Assembly (NCBI GenBank): GCA_964588325.1
Contig: CAZPOR010000002.1
Span: forward strand, 242,919-274,918
Direction of reading: 5' to 3'
Source: an uncultured Desulfurivibrio sp.
GTDB lineage: Bacteria; Desulfobacterota; Desulfobulbia; Desulfobulbales; Desulfurivibrionaceae
Length of the DNA stretch: 32,000 nucleotides
Each line of letters starts with the position of its first letter. The first letter of the stretch is position 1. The notes under the pieces were generated by a model. It worked only from the letters and a program-made list of their open reading frames with translations, was not told the DNA's origin and searched no databases. Below, piece by piece: positions 19,338 through 29,346 of the stretch. A program made the translations under genes and the position numbers.

Positions 19338-20240
19338 TCAGATCGCCTCCTTGAGGTTCATCACCGACCAGTAGTCAAAGACCGGGCCGTCCAGGCAGGT
19401 GTAGGTGGAGCCGATGTTGCAGCGGCAGCATTTGCCCCGGCCGCAGTGCATGCGGCGCTCCAGGGAGACGAACATTTTCTGCATGGGCAGCCCGGCCTCG
19501 GTCAGCATCTTGCAGACGAAATGGAACATGACCGGCGGCCCGCAGACGATGGCGTAGGTGTTTTCGCGCAGGCTAGAGGCTTGGGCGATTCGTTCCCGCA
19601 GGAGTTCGGTGATCAGGCCGGTGTGCCCCTTCCAGCTCTTGTCCGCTGTGTCCACCGTGATGCCGAGGGTGATGTCGAAGCGTTTCCATTCCTCGTACTG
19701 GTAGGTGAAGAGCAGCTCCGCCGGGGTTTTGGCGCCGTACATGATGTCCACCCGCCCGTATCGGCTCCGGTTTTCCAGCACGGCCAGCAAGGGAGAGCGC
19801 AGGGGCACGATGCCCAACCCCCCGCCGATGAGCAGGATGTCGTTGCCCTGCATTTTTTCCAAGGGGAAAGAGGTGCCGAACGGCCCGCTGATCCCTATCC
19901 TCGTGCCCCGTTCCACCCGGTTTAAAAAATTGGTGAAATTGCCCACCGCCCGGATGCACAGCTCAAGGTCGCCGTGCCGCACCGGGGAAGAGGAGATGGA
20001 AAACGGCGCCTCGCCGATGCCCGGCAGTTCCAGCATGACAAACTGGCCCGGCTTGAAGGAAAAACGGTTCCGTTGCTCGGGGTCGATGATCTGGATCTGG
20101 TAGAGCTTTTCGCTGGCGGTGAGCGGGTAGATGCTGGTGATCTCGGCGGGCAGGGTGTACTCGAAGCTGCCCGGGTCCTGCTTGCGGTGATCGCTCATGT
20201 CGTGGCTGAGTATGTCGATGAAGTGGAGTTTGTTCTGCAT
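19338..20240 (-). CDS. hydG: Hydrogenase gamma subunit: FAD/NAD(P)-binding oxidoreductase (diaphorase) with Cys cluster
   Basis: FKPGQFVMLELPGIGEAPFSISSSP; GGGLGIVPLRSPLLAVL; AIVCGPPVMFHFV; RRMHCGRGKCCRCNIGSTYTCLDGPVF. Confidence 0.9.
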   Translation of the reverse strand: MQNKLHFIDILSHDMSDHRKQDPGSFEYTLPAEITSIYPLTASEKLYQIQIIDPEQRNRFSFKPGQFVMLELPGIGEAPFSISSSPVRHGDLELCIRAVGNFTNFLNRVERGTRIGISGPFGTSFPLEKMQGNDILLIGGGLGIVPLRSPLLAVLENRSRYGRVDIMYGAKTPAELLFTYQYEEWKRFDITLGITVDTADKSWKGHTGLITELLRERIAQASSLRENTYAIVCGPPVMFHFVCKMLTEAGLPMQKMFVSLERRMHCGRGKCCRCNIGSTYTCLDGPVFDYWSVMNLKEAI

Positions 20241-20243
20241 GGT

Positions 20244-21281
20244 TTATTCCTTGCCCCGGACGCTGGCGATGACCTCGGGGGGGGTGATGTCGGCAAGGCA
20301 GGCTGTCCCGCAACGGCCGCAGCCCACGCAGAGGGATTCTTCAAAGGCCTCCACGAAACCCCGGTGCTTGTGGTAGTAGCGGTATTTCAACCGGCTGGCG
20401 CTGGTGGGCCGGAAGTTATGGCCGCCAGCCACCTTGGCAAAGTCGATGAGGTTGCAGGAGTGGAGCGATTTTATCTTGCTGGCGTGCCTCAGGTCGAGAT
20501 CCACATGCTCTTCGACTCCATAGCAATAGCAGGTGGGGCAGACATTGGCGCAGGTGCCGCAGGAAAGGCATTTCTCGCCCCAGTAATCCCAGGCTTTTGC
20601 TTCAAATTCAAGATCGAGAATCTTGGTGAGATCCGAGGTGTCCACCGCGGCGGTGTAGCGTTTGCTTTTCTCCTTGGCGGTGTGCTTGTAAAGAGCGAGT
20701 TCTTTGGCGCTCGGGTCCGTGCATTTGATTTGGCTCAGCAGGTCGAAGGCTGTGGCAGAGAGAATCTCTGCAAAATACCTGCCGCCCAGATCGGTGAGAA
20801 ACAGGTCAAAGCCGTGGATGGCTGAATCGGTTCCCATGGAGCGGCAGAAACATTGGGGTTCCGGGTTGCAGCCGATCCCGATGATGAAGAGGTTCTTCCG
20901 CTTGCCCATGTAGTACGGGTTCGGGTAGGTGCTTTGCGCCAGGACCAGGTCCAGCTTGTTCAGGGCATTGATGTCGCAGGCGTGCATGCCGAAGAAGACC
21001 AGGGACCGGTAGACATTGAGGTCAACATGCTTCTCCCAGCCGTCGCGGCTCACGGCAAAGGTGGACAAGATTTCCTGGTAGGGCAGGACAAAGCGCTTGG
21101 GCGAATGCACCGTCTGGGTGTAGTCAAGGGCAAGCTCGGCGAAATCGTAGACCACATTGAAGTCGTACAGGGGCTTGCCGTTGCGGTCGTTGCCCCTGGA
21201 TACCGGGCCGACAATGACGTTGACGGCCAGCAGCTCATGAAGGCGGGCGAGCTCCTGTTTTTTGAAGACCTTGAAGATCAT
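20244..21281 (-). CDS. hydB: Hydrogenase beta subunit: 4Fe-4S dicluster protein
   Basis: CLSCGTCANVCPTCYCYGVEEH and CVGCGRCGTACLADITPPEVI; first gene of the four-gene minus-strand operon; M at 21281 likely start (ORF opens at 21299). Confidence 0.88.
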   Translation of the reverse strand: MIFKVFKKQELARLHELLAVNVIVGPVSRGNDRNGKPLYDFNVVYDFAELALDYTQTVHSPKRFVLPYQEILSTFAVSRDGWEKHVDLNVYRSLVFFGMHACDINALNKLDLVLAQSTYPNPYYMGKRKNLFIIGIGCNPEPQCFCRSMGTDSAIHGFDLFLTDLGGRYFAEILSATAFDLLSQIKCTDPSAKELALYKHTAKEKSKRYTAAVDTSDLTKILDLEFEAKAWDYWGEKCLSCGTCANVCPTCYCYGVEEHVDLDLRHASKIKSLHSCNLIDFAKVAGGHNFRPTSASRLKYRYYHKHRGFVEAFEESLCVGCGRCGTACLADITPPEVIASVRGKE

Positions 21282-21392
21282 GACAGCCCTCCTCGGCAAA
21301 GTAGGAACGGCATAATCGCTACAGAGAGCGTCCCTTGGTTATGGGATATAACGATCGGCCTCCGGCTGTCAAGCAATTGTCCGCTGGCAGAA

Positions 21393-22205
21393 TTATCTTG
21401 CGACGACGAAAGATTCGGGAAAGCCCGTGCCCGCCAAGGTTTGTTCCATCTGTTTTGCTGCGGTCAGGGTTGAGCCAGCTTTGACCTGAACGCGGTAGAA
21501 TATCTGATCGCCCCGTTCATGGCGAACGGTCTCGGTCTCCCTTCCCCCTTTGTTCATCCTGTCCTTCAGGCGATCGGCATTTTCCTGGACGGTGAAGGCG
21601 CCGATCTGGACATAAAAATCGCCCTTCTGGAAATCCTCGTGGGGCAGAAAACGGGCTGCGATCTTGTTGTCGGCAAGTTGGATGGTTTCCGCCTCGCCCA
21701 AGGCGGTGATCCGGACCCGGCCGGTTCCGTCCTTGATGATGCCGAGATCCCGGGCCACATTGTAGGAGAGATCGATGATTCTGTTCCCCACGAAAGGGCC
21801 GCGGTCATTGATCCGCACCGTTGTGGAGCGGCCGTTGTCCAGGTTTTCCACCAGAAGCCTGGTGTTCATGGGCAGGGTCTTGTGGGCCGCGGTCCAGCCG
21901 TACATATTGTAGGTCTCGCCGTTTGAGGTCTTGCGGCCGTGGAATGGATTGCCGTACCAGGAGGCAGTGCCGGTTTCGACGAATCCTTCTGCCGAGGGCA
22001 GCGGATAGTAGGTCTTGCCCTCTATCTGATAGGGCCTTTGGGTGGCAGGAATGCGGCCTGCCTTGGCTGCGGGTTTGGGCCGGGGCGGTGTCGCCTGTGG
22101 GGGCGGGGTGCTGGTGAGCACGGTGGTGCAGCCGGAAAATGCGGCCCCGCACAGAAACAAAAGGGCAAGGAGGAAGATTGTCCGGATATGTTTTTGGCAG
22201 ATCAT
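21393..22205 (-). CDS. rlpA: RlpA-like lipoprotein (septal ring lytic transglycosylase) with SPOR domain
   Basis: lipobox LFLCGAAFSGC; GTASWYGNPFHGRKTSNGETYNMYGWTAAHKTLPMNTRLLVENLDNGRSTTVRINDRGPF; C-terminal SPOR-like YVQIGAF... Confidence 0.93.
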   Translation of the reverse strand: MICQKHIRTIFLLALLFLCGAAFSGCTTVLTSTPPPQATPPRPKPAAKAGRIPATQRPYQIEGKTYYPLPSAEGFVETGTASWYGNPFHGRKTSNGETYNMYGWTAAHKTLPMNTRLLVENLDNGRSTTVRINDRGPFVGNRIIDLSYNVARDLGIIKDGTGRVRITALGEAETIQLADNKIAARFLPHEDFQKGDFYVQIGAFTVQENADRLKDRMNKGGRETETVRHERGDQIFYRVQVKAGSTLTAAKQMEQTLAGTGFPESFVVAR

Positions 22206-23740
22206 GGTTGTGTCTCTGTGGGCAGATTGGACTTGAGCCGTTCGCTGAAGAAAGCCCCGGCCTTGCCAACGGTGTGGGGGGTGTAGGGGAGATAGCGGTG
22301 TTGCTTGGGCTCCACGCCCACATTGTCGAAAAGCACCTTTTTGTTTGCGTCCAGCATGGAGAGGTGCAGGTCCAGGATGGGGCGGAAGATGTGGAGCCTG
22401 CCATCCGGTCCAACCCCGACCAAGGGGCTTTCCCAGCGGCGCAGCTCATATCCCTTGAGCCACAGGCTTGGGATTGGCGTGCCGGTGATCTTGTCCTTCA
22501 GGGAAGAGGCTTGACCGGTGGGATTGTCCAACTGTGCCTCCACCTCGCGGCTGCCCTGCACACTGAGCCGGGACCAGGCGGGATGGCTGGGGTTCTCGGT
22601 GCGGAGCAGGTGGGTCCCCTGGTCGTTAAAGGACCACTGGCTGTGGCACACGGTGCAATGCGCCTTTTTTTCGTACTGTTTGTGGGCAGGATGGACAAGC
22701 CGGGGCACCACGAGTTTTTTGCCGTTCAGCCGGGTGGTGAGGATGAGCTGGTCGTCTTCGACTTGCAGGTTGTCCAGGGGAATGGGCAACCCTGTGCGCC
22801 AGCCGTGGCAACTGAGGCAGGTCGCCGCCTTTTCTTTTTTTCCGGCGCCACCGTGTCCGCCCATGAGTTCCGCCCCGGTGTGGCAATCGATGCAGGCCAT
22901 GCCTTTCTGCTGGTGGATGTCCGGAGCCAGTTGATGGAACTCCACTCCGTAGGGCCGGGTTTCGCTGCCATCGGTGCGGTAGGGGGTGCGGTATTCCAGG
23001 TTGAAGTCGTGCTCAAAGCGGCCGTAATAGTCGGCCCCCACGAAGTTGCCGTAATGGCAGTGCAGGCACTGGCTGTCTGCCGGCGATTTGACAAAGGCGT
23101 GGCCATTCATTTTGCCGTTGGTGTAGGCGAGGTGGCAGGCGGCGCAGCCCGTGCCGCGCACTGTTTCCGGGTAGACGTCGCCGGAGTTGTATACATGACA
23201 GCGCAAGCAGCGGCGGCGCAGCAGGTCGTCGGCCAGGTCGAGGGGGGAGGAGATTGTTTGAGGAATCGGGATCTCCGCCAGAGTGGCAAGGGGGGCTTGG
23301 GCGCCGAAGGCCGACCGGACAAGATTCACCTCGTTTTGCGCGGTGAAATGCACCGAAAAGGCGGTCTCGGCCACCTGCCGGGCATGGCAGGTGCCGCAGG
23401 CTTTCTGCATCCGGTCCGGATGGGCAGGCTGGCTGATGAGCCCGGCATGGGCCTGCTCCTGCGTTGCTCCCTTCGGGTTTCCGCCATGGCAGCCGGTGCA
23501 GGCCGAGGCGTGGCGGGAGTCGAGCTGGATTGTCGGATGGCATCCCAGGCAGCCTGGCTGGCGCACGGGCTGGGGCACAGCTTTTTGCGCGGCGGGTTTT
23601 TCCGGGGGTCTGCTTTCCCTGCACCCTGGAAAAGCAAGGGCCAGCAGGCAGAGAGGCACCAGGATGGCGCGGAATTTCGGGCAGAGACAAAAAGGCATGG
23701 CGGAACGTGTGACCTCGGGATTAAAGAATGTTTCCGCCAT
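22202..23740 (-). CDS. Nonaheme c-type cytochrome lipoprotein; MPFCLC at 23698 is a likely true start
   Basis: signal [14 protein letters not shown]; nine CxxCH motifs: CLGCH, CTGCH, CGTCH, CLRCH, CAACH, CLHCH, CIDCH, CLSCH, CTVCH; stop overlaps the rlpA start. Confidence 0.9.
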   Translation of the reverse strand: MAETFFNPEVTRSAMPFCLCPKFRAILVPLCLLALAFPGCRESRPPEKPAAQKAVPQPVRQPGCLGCHPTIQLDSRHASACTGCHGGNPKGATQEQAHAGLISQPAHPDRMQKACGTCHARQVAETAFSVHFTAQNEVNLVRSAFGAQAPLATLAEIPIPQTISSPLDLADDLLRRRCLRCHVYNSGDVYPETVRGTGCAACHLAYTNGKMNGHAFVKSPADSQCLHCHYGNFVGADYYGRFEHDFNLEYRTPYRTDGSETRPYGVEFHQLAPDIHQQKGMACIDCHTGAELMGGHGGAGKKEKAATCLSCHGWRTGLPIPLDNLQVEDDQLILTTRLNGKKLVVPRLVHPAHKQYEKKAHCTVCHSQWSFNDQGTHLLRTENPSHPAWSRLSVQGSREVEAQLDNPTGQASSLKDKITGTPIPSLWLKGYELRRWESPLVGVGPDGRLHIFRPILDLHLSMLDANKKVLFDNVGVEPKQHRYLPYTPHTVGKAGAFFSERLKSNLPTETQP

Positions 23741-24083
23741 ACTACCTTATTTAGCGCAAGGGCAACAAGCCGCAATTGCATCGGAAAAGGAAGAACGTAA
23801 CCGCGCTCGCGTTGTCCCTGGCCCTTCGGCAATTTCTCTTGCCGGAATGGGCATTTTCCCTTGGACAAAGGAGGGCTCAATACTGTATTTTAATGGGAAT
23901 GTAATGCGGCCCGATTGTATCGGGCTGTCGTTTTTGTTCCCCTGCTTGTTTGTCGATTGCTTGGTGGAATCCCGGCGCAGGCCCCGCTTCCCCTGGCGTG
24001 CGTTGCGGCGATGGGTTGTGTTGCGCAGATTGAAAGCCATCCACCGTGTTTTTTTTCTTATTTTACGAGACCGGCGCCATTTT

Positions 24084-25739
24084 ATGAAAACTACCAATCA
24101 GACCCATCGAACCAAGTTCATCTTCATCACCGGCGGCGTTCTTTCGTCCCTGGGCAAAGGGCTGGCAGCCGCGTCCATCGGCGCCCTGCTGGAGAGCCGC
24201 GGGCTGTCCATCACCTTCCAGAAGCTGGACCCGTACATCAACGTGGACCCCGGCACCATGAACCCCTTTCAGCACGGCGAGGTGTATGTCACCGACGACG
24301 GGGCGGAGACGGACCTTGATCTCGGCCATTACGAGCGGTACACCTCCGTGGCCCTGGGCCAGCGCAACAACTACACCTCGGGCCGCATCTACCATTCGGT
24401 GATCAGCAAGGAGCGGCGCGGCGAGTACCTGGGCGGCACCGTGCAGGTGATCCCGCATGTCACCGACGAGATCAAGCGCGCCATCCTCCAGTTTGAAGGC
24501 GAGGTGGACGTGGCCATCATCGAGATCGGCGGCACCATCGGCGATATCGAGAGCTTGCCCTTTCTGGAGGCAATTCGTCAGTTCCGCACCGATGTGGGGA
24601 GGGAAAACTCCCTGTACATCCATGTCACCTGGGTTCCCTATATCAAGACCGCAGGCGAGGTCAAAACCAAGCCCACCCAGCACAGCGTCAAGGAGCTGCG
24701 CGCCATCGGCATCCAGCCCGACATCCTGCTCTGCCGCACGGAAAGCCTGCTGAGTAATGAGCTGAAGGCCAAGATTTCCCTGTTCTGCAACGTGGAGAAG
24801 GAGGCGGTGATCACGGCCCGCGACGTGGACAACATCTACGAGGTGCCGCTCTGCTTCCACGCCGAGGGGCTCGATGACATCATCCTCAATAAGCTCAATA
24901 TCTGGACCGGATCGCCGCGTCTGGACGCCTGGCAGGATCTGGTCGAGAAGGTTAAGCACCCCAAACGCGAGGTGGAGATCGGCATCATCGGCAAATACGT
25001 CGATCTGACCGAATCGTACAAGAGCCTGCACGAAGCCCTGGTGCATGGGGGCGTGGCCAACGAGGCCAAGGTGCGGCTCCGCTATGTGAGCGCCGAGGAG
25101 ATTGAAGAGAAGGGCGCCGACGGCCTGTTGGCCGGGTGCCATGGGGTATTGGTGCCGGGCGGTTTTGGCAGCCGCGGGGTGGCGGGCAAGATTCAGGCCG
25201 TGACCTTTGCCAGGGAGAAAAAGATCCCCTATTTCGGCATCTGCCTCGGCATGCAGTTGGCGGTGATCGAGTTCGCCAGAAACGTCGCCGGCATGAAAGA
25301 CGCGGACAGCACCGAGTTCAGCCTGTTGACCAAGCATCCGGTTATCTATTTCATCAAGGAATGGTACGATTACCGCACCGGAAAAACCCAGATCCGCGAC
25401 GAAGCCACCGACCTGGGCGGCACCCTGCGGCTGGGGGCCTATCCCTGCAAGATGGTGGAGAATACCTTTGCCCACGCGGCGTACGGCACGGGCGAGATCC
25501 AAGAGCGGCACCGGCATCGCTATGAATTCAACAATGCCTTCAAGGAGGAGCTGGTGAAACATGGGCTCATCATCAGCGGCACCTCCCCGGACGAAAAGCT
25601 GGTGGAGATTGTCGAATTGCCCGACCATCCGTGGTTTCTCGGCTGCCAGTTCCATCCGGAATTCAAGTCCGGCCCCATGAAGCCGCATCCCCTGTTCACG
25701 AATTTTATCAAGGCAGCTTTGGAGAATGCCGGTCTGTAG
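24084..25739 (+). CDS. pyrG: CTP synthase
   Basis: [31 protein letters not shown]...; [15 protein letters not shown]; [18 protein letters not shown]; start at ATG 24084, not 23283. Confidence 0.98.
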   Translation: MKTTNQTHRTKFIFITGGVLSSLGKGLAAASIGALLESRGLSITFQKLDPYINVDPGTMNPFQHGEVYVTDDGAETDLDLGHYERYTSVALGQRNNYTSGRIYHSVISKERRGEYLGGTVQVIPHVTDEIKRAILQFEGEVDVAIIEIGGTIGDIESLPFLEAIRQFRTDVGRENSLYIHVTWVPYIKTAGEVKTKPTQHSVKELRAIGIQPDILLCRTESLLSNELKAKISLFCNVEKEAVITARDVDNIYEVPLCFHAEGLDDIILNKLNIWTGSPRLDAWQDLVEKVKHPKREVEIGIIGKYVDLTESYKSLHEALVHGGVANEAKVRLRYVSAEEIEEKGADGLLAGCHGVLVPGGFGSRGVAGKIQAVTFAREKKIPYFGICLGMQLAVIEFARNVAGMKDADSTEFSLLTKHPVIYFIKEWYDYRTGKTQIRDEATDLGGTLRLGAYPCKMVENTFAHAAYGTGEIQERHRHRYEFNNAFKEELVKHGLIISGTSPDEKLVEIVELPDHPWFLGCQFHPEFKSGPMKPHPLFTNFIKAALENAGL

Positions 25740-25804
25740 GTAGTTTCTGGTTCTTTCCGGCCAAATAAGATGGGCTCGCAAAAAAGCAAAGACCGCGTCA
25801 TCCC

Positions 25805-25883
25805 GTCATTCCGGCGAAGGCCGGAATCCAGTGTTGGTGGGTAGTTGTGGAAATCCTGGACCCCGGTTTTCACCGGGGTGACG
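25805..25883. repeat. Compound palindromic intergenic repeat (REP/BIME-like inverted pair)
   Basis: GTCATTCCGGCGAAGGCCGGAATCCAG ... CTGGACCCCGGTTTTCACCGGGGTGAC; each arm is a hairpin and the arms are mutually inverted (GTCA..CCAG / CTGG..TGAC). Confidence 0.75.
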
Positions 25884-25937
25884 ATCTTTTTGAAATCTGC
25901 GCTTATCTGCGAAACCATCATTGTAAGGAGAGCGAAA

Positions 25938-26780
25938 GTGGAGTCAGTTCGTATCCCTGATTTTTTCGAGGTCGGTCCCAACCGGCCTTTTTTATTGATC
26001 GGCGGCCCGTGCGTCATCGAATCGGCCGAGTTGTGCCGTGAAGTGGCTGCGGGGCTTCAAGAGATCTGCGGCCGGCTGGGCATCTCCTATATGTTCAAGG
26101 CCTCCTTTGACAAGGCCAACCGGACCTCGCTCGCTGCCTTCCGTGGCCCCGGCCTGGACGAGGGCTTGCGCATCCTGGCCGATATCCGCCGGGATTTCGG
26201 GGTGCCGGTGGTTTCCGATGTGCATGAGGTGGCCCAGGTGGGGCCGGCCGCCGAGGTCTTGGATGTCTTGCAGATTCCGGCCTTTCTCTGTCGTCAGACC
26301 GATCTGCTGGTGGCCGCCGCGCAAACCGGCAAGGTGGTGAGTCTCAAGAAAGGCCAGTTTGTCTCGCCCTGGGACATGCAGCATGCGGTGAGCAAGATCA
26401 ACGCGGTGGCTAAACACAAGCTGATGCTCATGGAACGGGGCGCCACCTTCGGCTACAACAATCTGGTCGTGGACATGCGCTCCCTGCCGGTGATGCGTTC
26501 CTTCGGCTGCCCGGTTATCTACGACGCCACCCACAGCGTCCAATTACCCGGCGGGGCAGGGTCCAGTTCCGGCGGCCAGCGCGAGTTCATCCCTCCCCTT
26601 GCCCGGGCCGCGGTGGCGGCGGGGATTGACGGCTTGTTCATGGAGATCCATCCCGATCCGGCCAAGGCCCTGTGCGACGGGCCAAATTCCATGCCGCTTA
26701 AGGGAGTGGAGCCGCTGCTCGCCCATCTCCTGGAGATTCATACCCTTGTTCAGCGCCAGGCCGCGGAGGGTGGTCCATGA
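25938..26780 (+). CDS. kdsA: 3-deoxy-8-phosphooctulonate (KDO-8-P) synthase; GTG start 25938 behind AAGGAG
   Basis: FLLIGGPCVIESAELCREVA...YMFKASFDKANRTS...IPAFLCRQTDLLVAAAQTGKVVSLKKGQFVSPWDM. Confidence 0.96.
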   Translation: MESVRIPDFFEVGPNRPFLLIGGPCVIESAELCREVAAGLQEICGRLGISYMFKASFDKANRTSLAAFRGPGLDEGLRILADIRRDFGVPVVSDVHEVAQVGPAAEVLDVLQIPAFLCRQTDLLVAAAQTGKVVSLKKGQFVSPWDMQHAVSKINAVAKHKLMLMERGATFGYNNLVVDMRSLPVMRSFGCPVIYDATHSVQLPGGAGSSSGGQREFIPPLARAAVAAGIDGLFMEIHPDPAKALCDGPNSMPLKGVEPLLAHLLEIHTLVQRQAAEGGP

Positions 26781-27421
26781 CCGGCAATGGCTCCTGCGGC
26801 ATCCCGGGCGGGCTGTATCCATCCGATTGCGAGGTCACCGAAGGGCTGCGCCAGCGGGCCATGTCGCGGAGCGGCCAGGACGAGCGCGGTTATGCCTGGC
26901 GCGCCTGCCTGCCGCGCGCCAAGGAGATCCGGCTCCTGCTCCTTGACGTGGACGGGGTGCTCACCGACGGCTCCATCACATACGGGAATTCCGGCGCGGA
27001 GCTGAAATCCTTCAACATCAAGGACGGCTTCGGCATCCGCCTTCTGCGGGAATCGGGCGTGGAGGTGGGCATTATCACCGCCCGCCGCTCCGAAGCGGTG
27101 GAGCGCAGGGCCCAGGACTTGAAGCTGGCCCATCTCTACCAGGGAGTGGGCAACAAGCTCGAGGCCTTTGCCGAGATCCTCGCCGCCCAGAAGCTCACTC
27201 CCCAGCAGGTTGCTTACATGGGCGATGACTGGCTCGATCTGCCCCTGCTCAGCCGGGTGGGGTTGGCTGTAACGGCGGCCGATGGGGTGGCCGAGGTCAA
27301 ATCGGTTGCCCATTATGTGACCAGGCAGGACGGAGGGAGGGGTGCGGTGCGCGAGCTGTGCGAGCTGATTGTCGAGGCCAAGGGAATGCGGGAAGAGCTG
27401 CTGGCGAGGTATTTGCGATGA
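26777..27421 (+). CDS. kdsC: HAD-family KDO-8-P phosphatase
   Basis: IRLLLLDVDGVLTDGSITYGNSGAELKSFNIKDGFGIRLLRESGVEVGIITARRSEAVERRA...YMGDDWLDLPLLSRVGLAV. Confidence 0.93.
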   Translation: MTGNGSCGIPGGLYPSDCEVTEGLRQRAMSRSGQDERGYAWRACLPRAKEIRLLLLDVDGVLTDGSITYGNSGAELKSFNIKDGFGIRLLRESGVEVGIITARRSEAVERRAQDLKLAHLYQGVGNKLEAFAEILAAQKLTPQQVAYMGDDWLDLPLLSRVGLAVTAADGVAEVKSVAHYVTRQDGGRGAVRELCELIVEAKGMREELLARYLR

Positions 27422-27993
27422 TGACCGGCTACCGCAACATTCTCTGGCTGCTGCCCGTGGCCCTCTTTCTCTCCTGGCCGGTTTGGGGCGGGCCGTTTAC
27501 CCGGATTCTCTCTCCCCGCGGCGGCATGAATTCCGGCGCTATCCTTGCTGCGCCCAAGGCCGCGACCGCAGGCGCCGGTTTCAGCATGGAGGGGGTCCTG
27601 TTTTCCCAGTTGAAAAACGGGGGGCGGGACTGGGATATCCTGGCCAAGCGGCTCTATTCCGGAGAAGACCAGGACAAAATGCAGCTCGTCGCGGTGGAGG
27701 CGCAGGTTTTCAAGAACGCTGAACGCAGGTTTGTGATTACCGGTCAGGAAGGCGAATACAACAGCAAGAAAAAAATTCTCACCATGCGCAAAGAAGTCAA
27801 GGTGCAGGCCGAGAAAGGCATGCTGATTCAGTCCGACAGCCTCAGCTATGACGATCAGGCCCGAAAGATCACGACCCTGGCCCCGGTGCAGATCACCGAC
27901 AAAAACCTGGATATCCGCGGCAAGGGGATGGCGTATGACATGGAAAAGGATGCCTACGATGTCAGCGGCCGGGTTAAGGTGGACATTCAGTGA
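27418..27993 (+). CDS. lptC: LptC-like LPS export periplasmic protein
   Basis: N-terminal hydrophobic segment; LLVAVEAQVFKNAERRFVITGQEGEYNSKKKILTMRKEVKVQAEKGMLIQSDSLSYDDQARKI-type pattern; directly after kdsC. Confidence 0.75.
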   Translation: MMTGYRNILWLLPVALFLSWPVWGGPFTRILSPRGGMNSGAILAAPKAATAGAGFSMEGVLFSQLKNGGRDWDILAKRLYSGEDQDKMQLVAVEAQVFKNAERRFVITGQEGEYNSKKKILTMRKEVKVQAEKGMLIQSDSLSYDDQARKITTLAPVQITDKNLDIRGKGMAYDMEKDAYDVSGRVKVDIQ

Positions 27994-28019
27994 GAGTGGC
28001 ATAAGGAAAAAGGCAACGC

Positions 28020-28727
28020 GTGAAAGACATTCCCTTGAAAGAACGGATCATCCTGGCCCTTGATGTGGAAACCCCGGAACAGGCCAGGGAGCTGGTGAAA
28101 AAAACCGAGTCCCACCTGAGTTTTTACAAGGTCGGACTACAGCTTTTCATGGCCGACTGGTTCCAGACCGTTGACTGGCTGGTTGCTCGGGGCCACAAGG
28201 TGATGCTGGATCTCAAATTTTTCGATATCCCGGAGACGGTCAAGCTGGCCGTGGCCCAACTGAGAAGCCACGGAGTGAGCCTGGCCACGGTCCACGGCAA
28301 TGACCCGATCATCCGGGCGGCCCTAGAGGAAAAAGGCGAGATCAAGCTCTTGGCCGTGACCGTGCTTACCAGTTTCGGTGAAGAAGACCTGCGGGCCATG
28401 GGCATGACCCAGTCCATCGAGGATCTCGTTTATTTCCGGGCCAAACGGGCGCTAGAACTGGGCTGCGACGGGGTGGTTTCCTCCGGCCTTGAGGCCGCCC
28501 GCTTGCGTGGCGGGCTTGGCGAGAAGCTGTTGCTGGTCACGCCGGGGATCAGGCCTGGGGCCAACGTGCTGGACACGGCCGACGATCAGACCCGGATCAT
28601 GACCGCAGGCCGCGCCATCATAAGCGGCGCCGACCAGGTGGTCGTGGGCCGTCCCATCTCCAAGGCCGCTGATCCCATCGCGGTTATCGAAGCCATGCAG
28701 CAGGAGATTGCCCAGGCTCTTCGATAA
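28020..28727 (+). CDS. pyrF: Orotidine-5'-phosphate decarboxylase (GTG start)
   Basis: RIILALDVETPEQARELVKK; VMLDLKFFDIPETVKLAVAQL; VTPGIRP...DDQTRIMTAGRAIISGADQVVVGRPI. Confidence 0.96.
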   Translation: MKDIPLKERIILALDVETPEQARELVKKTESHLSFYKVGLQLFMADWFQTVDWLVARGHKVMLDLKFFDIPETVKLAVAQLRSHGVSLATVHGNDPIIRAALEEKGEIKLLAVTVLTSFGEEDLRAMGMTQSIEDLVYFRAKRALELGCDGVVSSGLEAARLRGGLGEKLLLVTPGIRPGANVLDTADDQTRIMTAGRAIISGADQVVVGRPISKAADPIAVIEAMQQEIAQALR

Positions 28728-28953
28728 GACAAGAGCCTGGCGGGTACCTGGGCGTCAGAATTTCCTTCCCCTTCCGTTTGTGTGCGCGGAAAACAGCGGC
28801 TCATTTTTTATGGGCGAACACGCTCCGCTGTCTTCAAAGGCCGACAGGACAAGCATCCTGGGCAACTTTTTCTCCTCCTCTTTACATCCGGTTTTTCAGG
28901 GCATATAGTACAAGATATGAAGTCTGAACAGCAGAACAACAGGAGGATGCGCC

Positions 28954-29202
28954 ATGCACACCAAAGAAGAGCTGTGTGAGAAGATCAAGGCTGTTTTTCC
29001 GGAGATCGGCGCCTGCGGCATCGATCTCAAAGTTGATTACGACAAGAACAACAAGGCCTGGGTCGTTGATCTCAAGAAAGACAAACATGAGCTCAAGACC
29101 TTCCTGGAAGACTCCGAAGCGCAACAGTGCATGGACGGCAAGCAATGTGTGTCTCTGGGCCTGCAGATCGGCCAGCTCAGGAAGAATATTGAGCAACTGT
29201 AG
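28954..29202 (+). CDS. Small Cys-containing protein, unknown function
   Basis: 82 aa, MHTKEELCEKIKAVFPEIGACGIDLKVDYDKNNKAWVVDLKKDKHELKTFLEDSEAQQCMDGKQCVSL...; preceded by CAGGAGG. Confidence 0.7.
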   Translation: MHTKEELCEKIKAVFPEIGACGIDLKVDYDKNNKAWVVDLKKDKHELKTFLEDSEAQQCMDGKQCVSLGLQIGQLRKNIEQL

Positions 29203-29346
29203 CGGTCCATTTTTGGTGCATAAATAGACAAAGCGGATCGTTTCTCTTTGTAGAGGACAAAAAGGAGGTGAGTCCAGAAAACACACTGCATATTTCATGA
29301 TACGGGCCAGTCATAATCCGACAACTTCAAACAGAGGGGTGGAGCC

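Noticed and set aside
22139-23800. 553-aa plus-strand ORF opposite the multiheme cytochrome
   Set aside because: The minus strand has nine CxxCH motifs and a lipoprotein signal; the opposite frame has no family resemblance.
24063-25781. 572-aa minus-strand ORF opposite pyrG
   Set aside because: Antisense artefact over CTP synthase.
25520-26017. 165-aa minus-strand ORF between pyrG and kdsA
   Set aside because: The translation runs through the palindromic repeat (VKTGVQDF...LDSGLRRNDG pattern), which is a common repeat-derived false gene.
28793-28831. ACAGCGG...CCGCTGT inverted repeat downstream of pyrF as a terminator
   Set aside because: The 7-bp stem encloses a 25-nt loop and no T-tract follows, so it is too weak to call.
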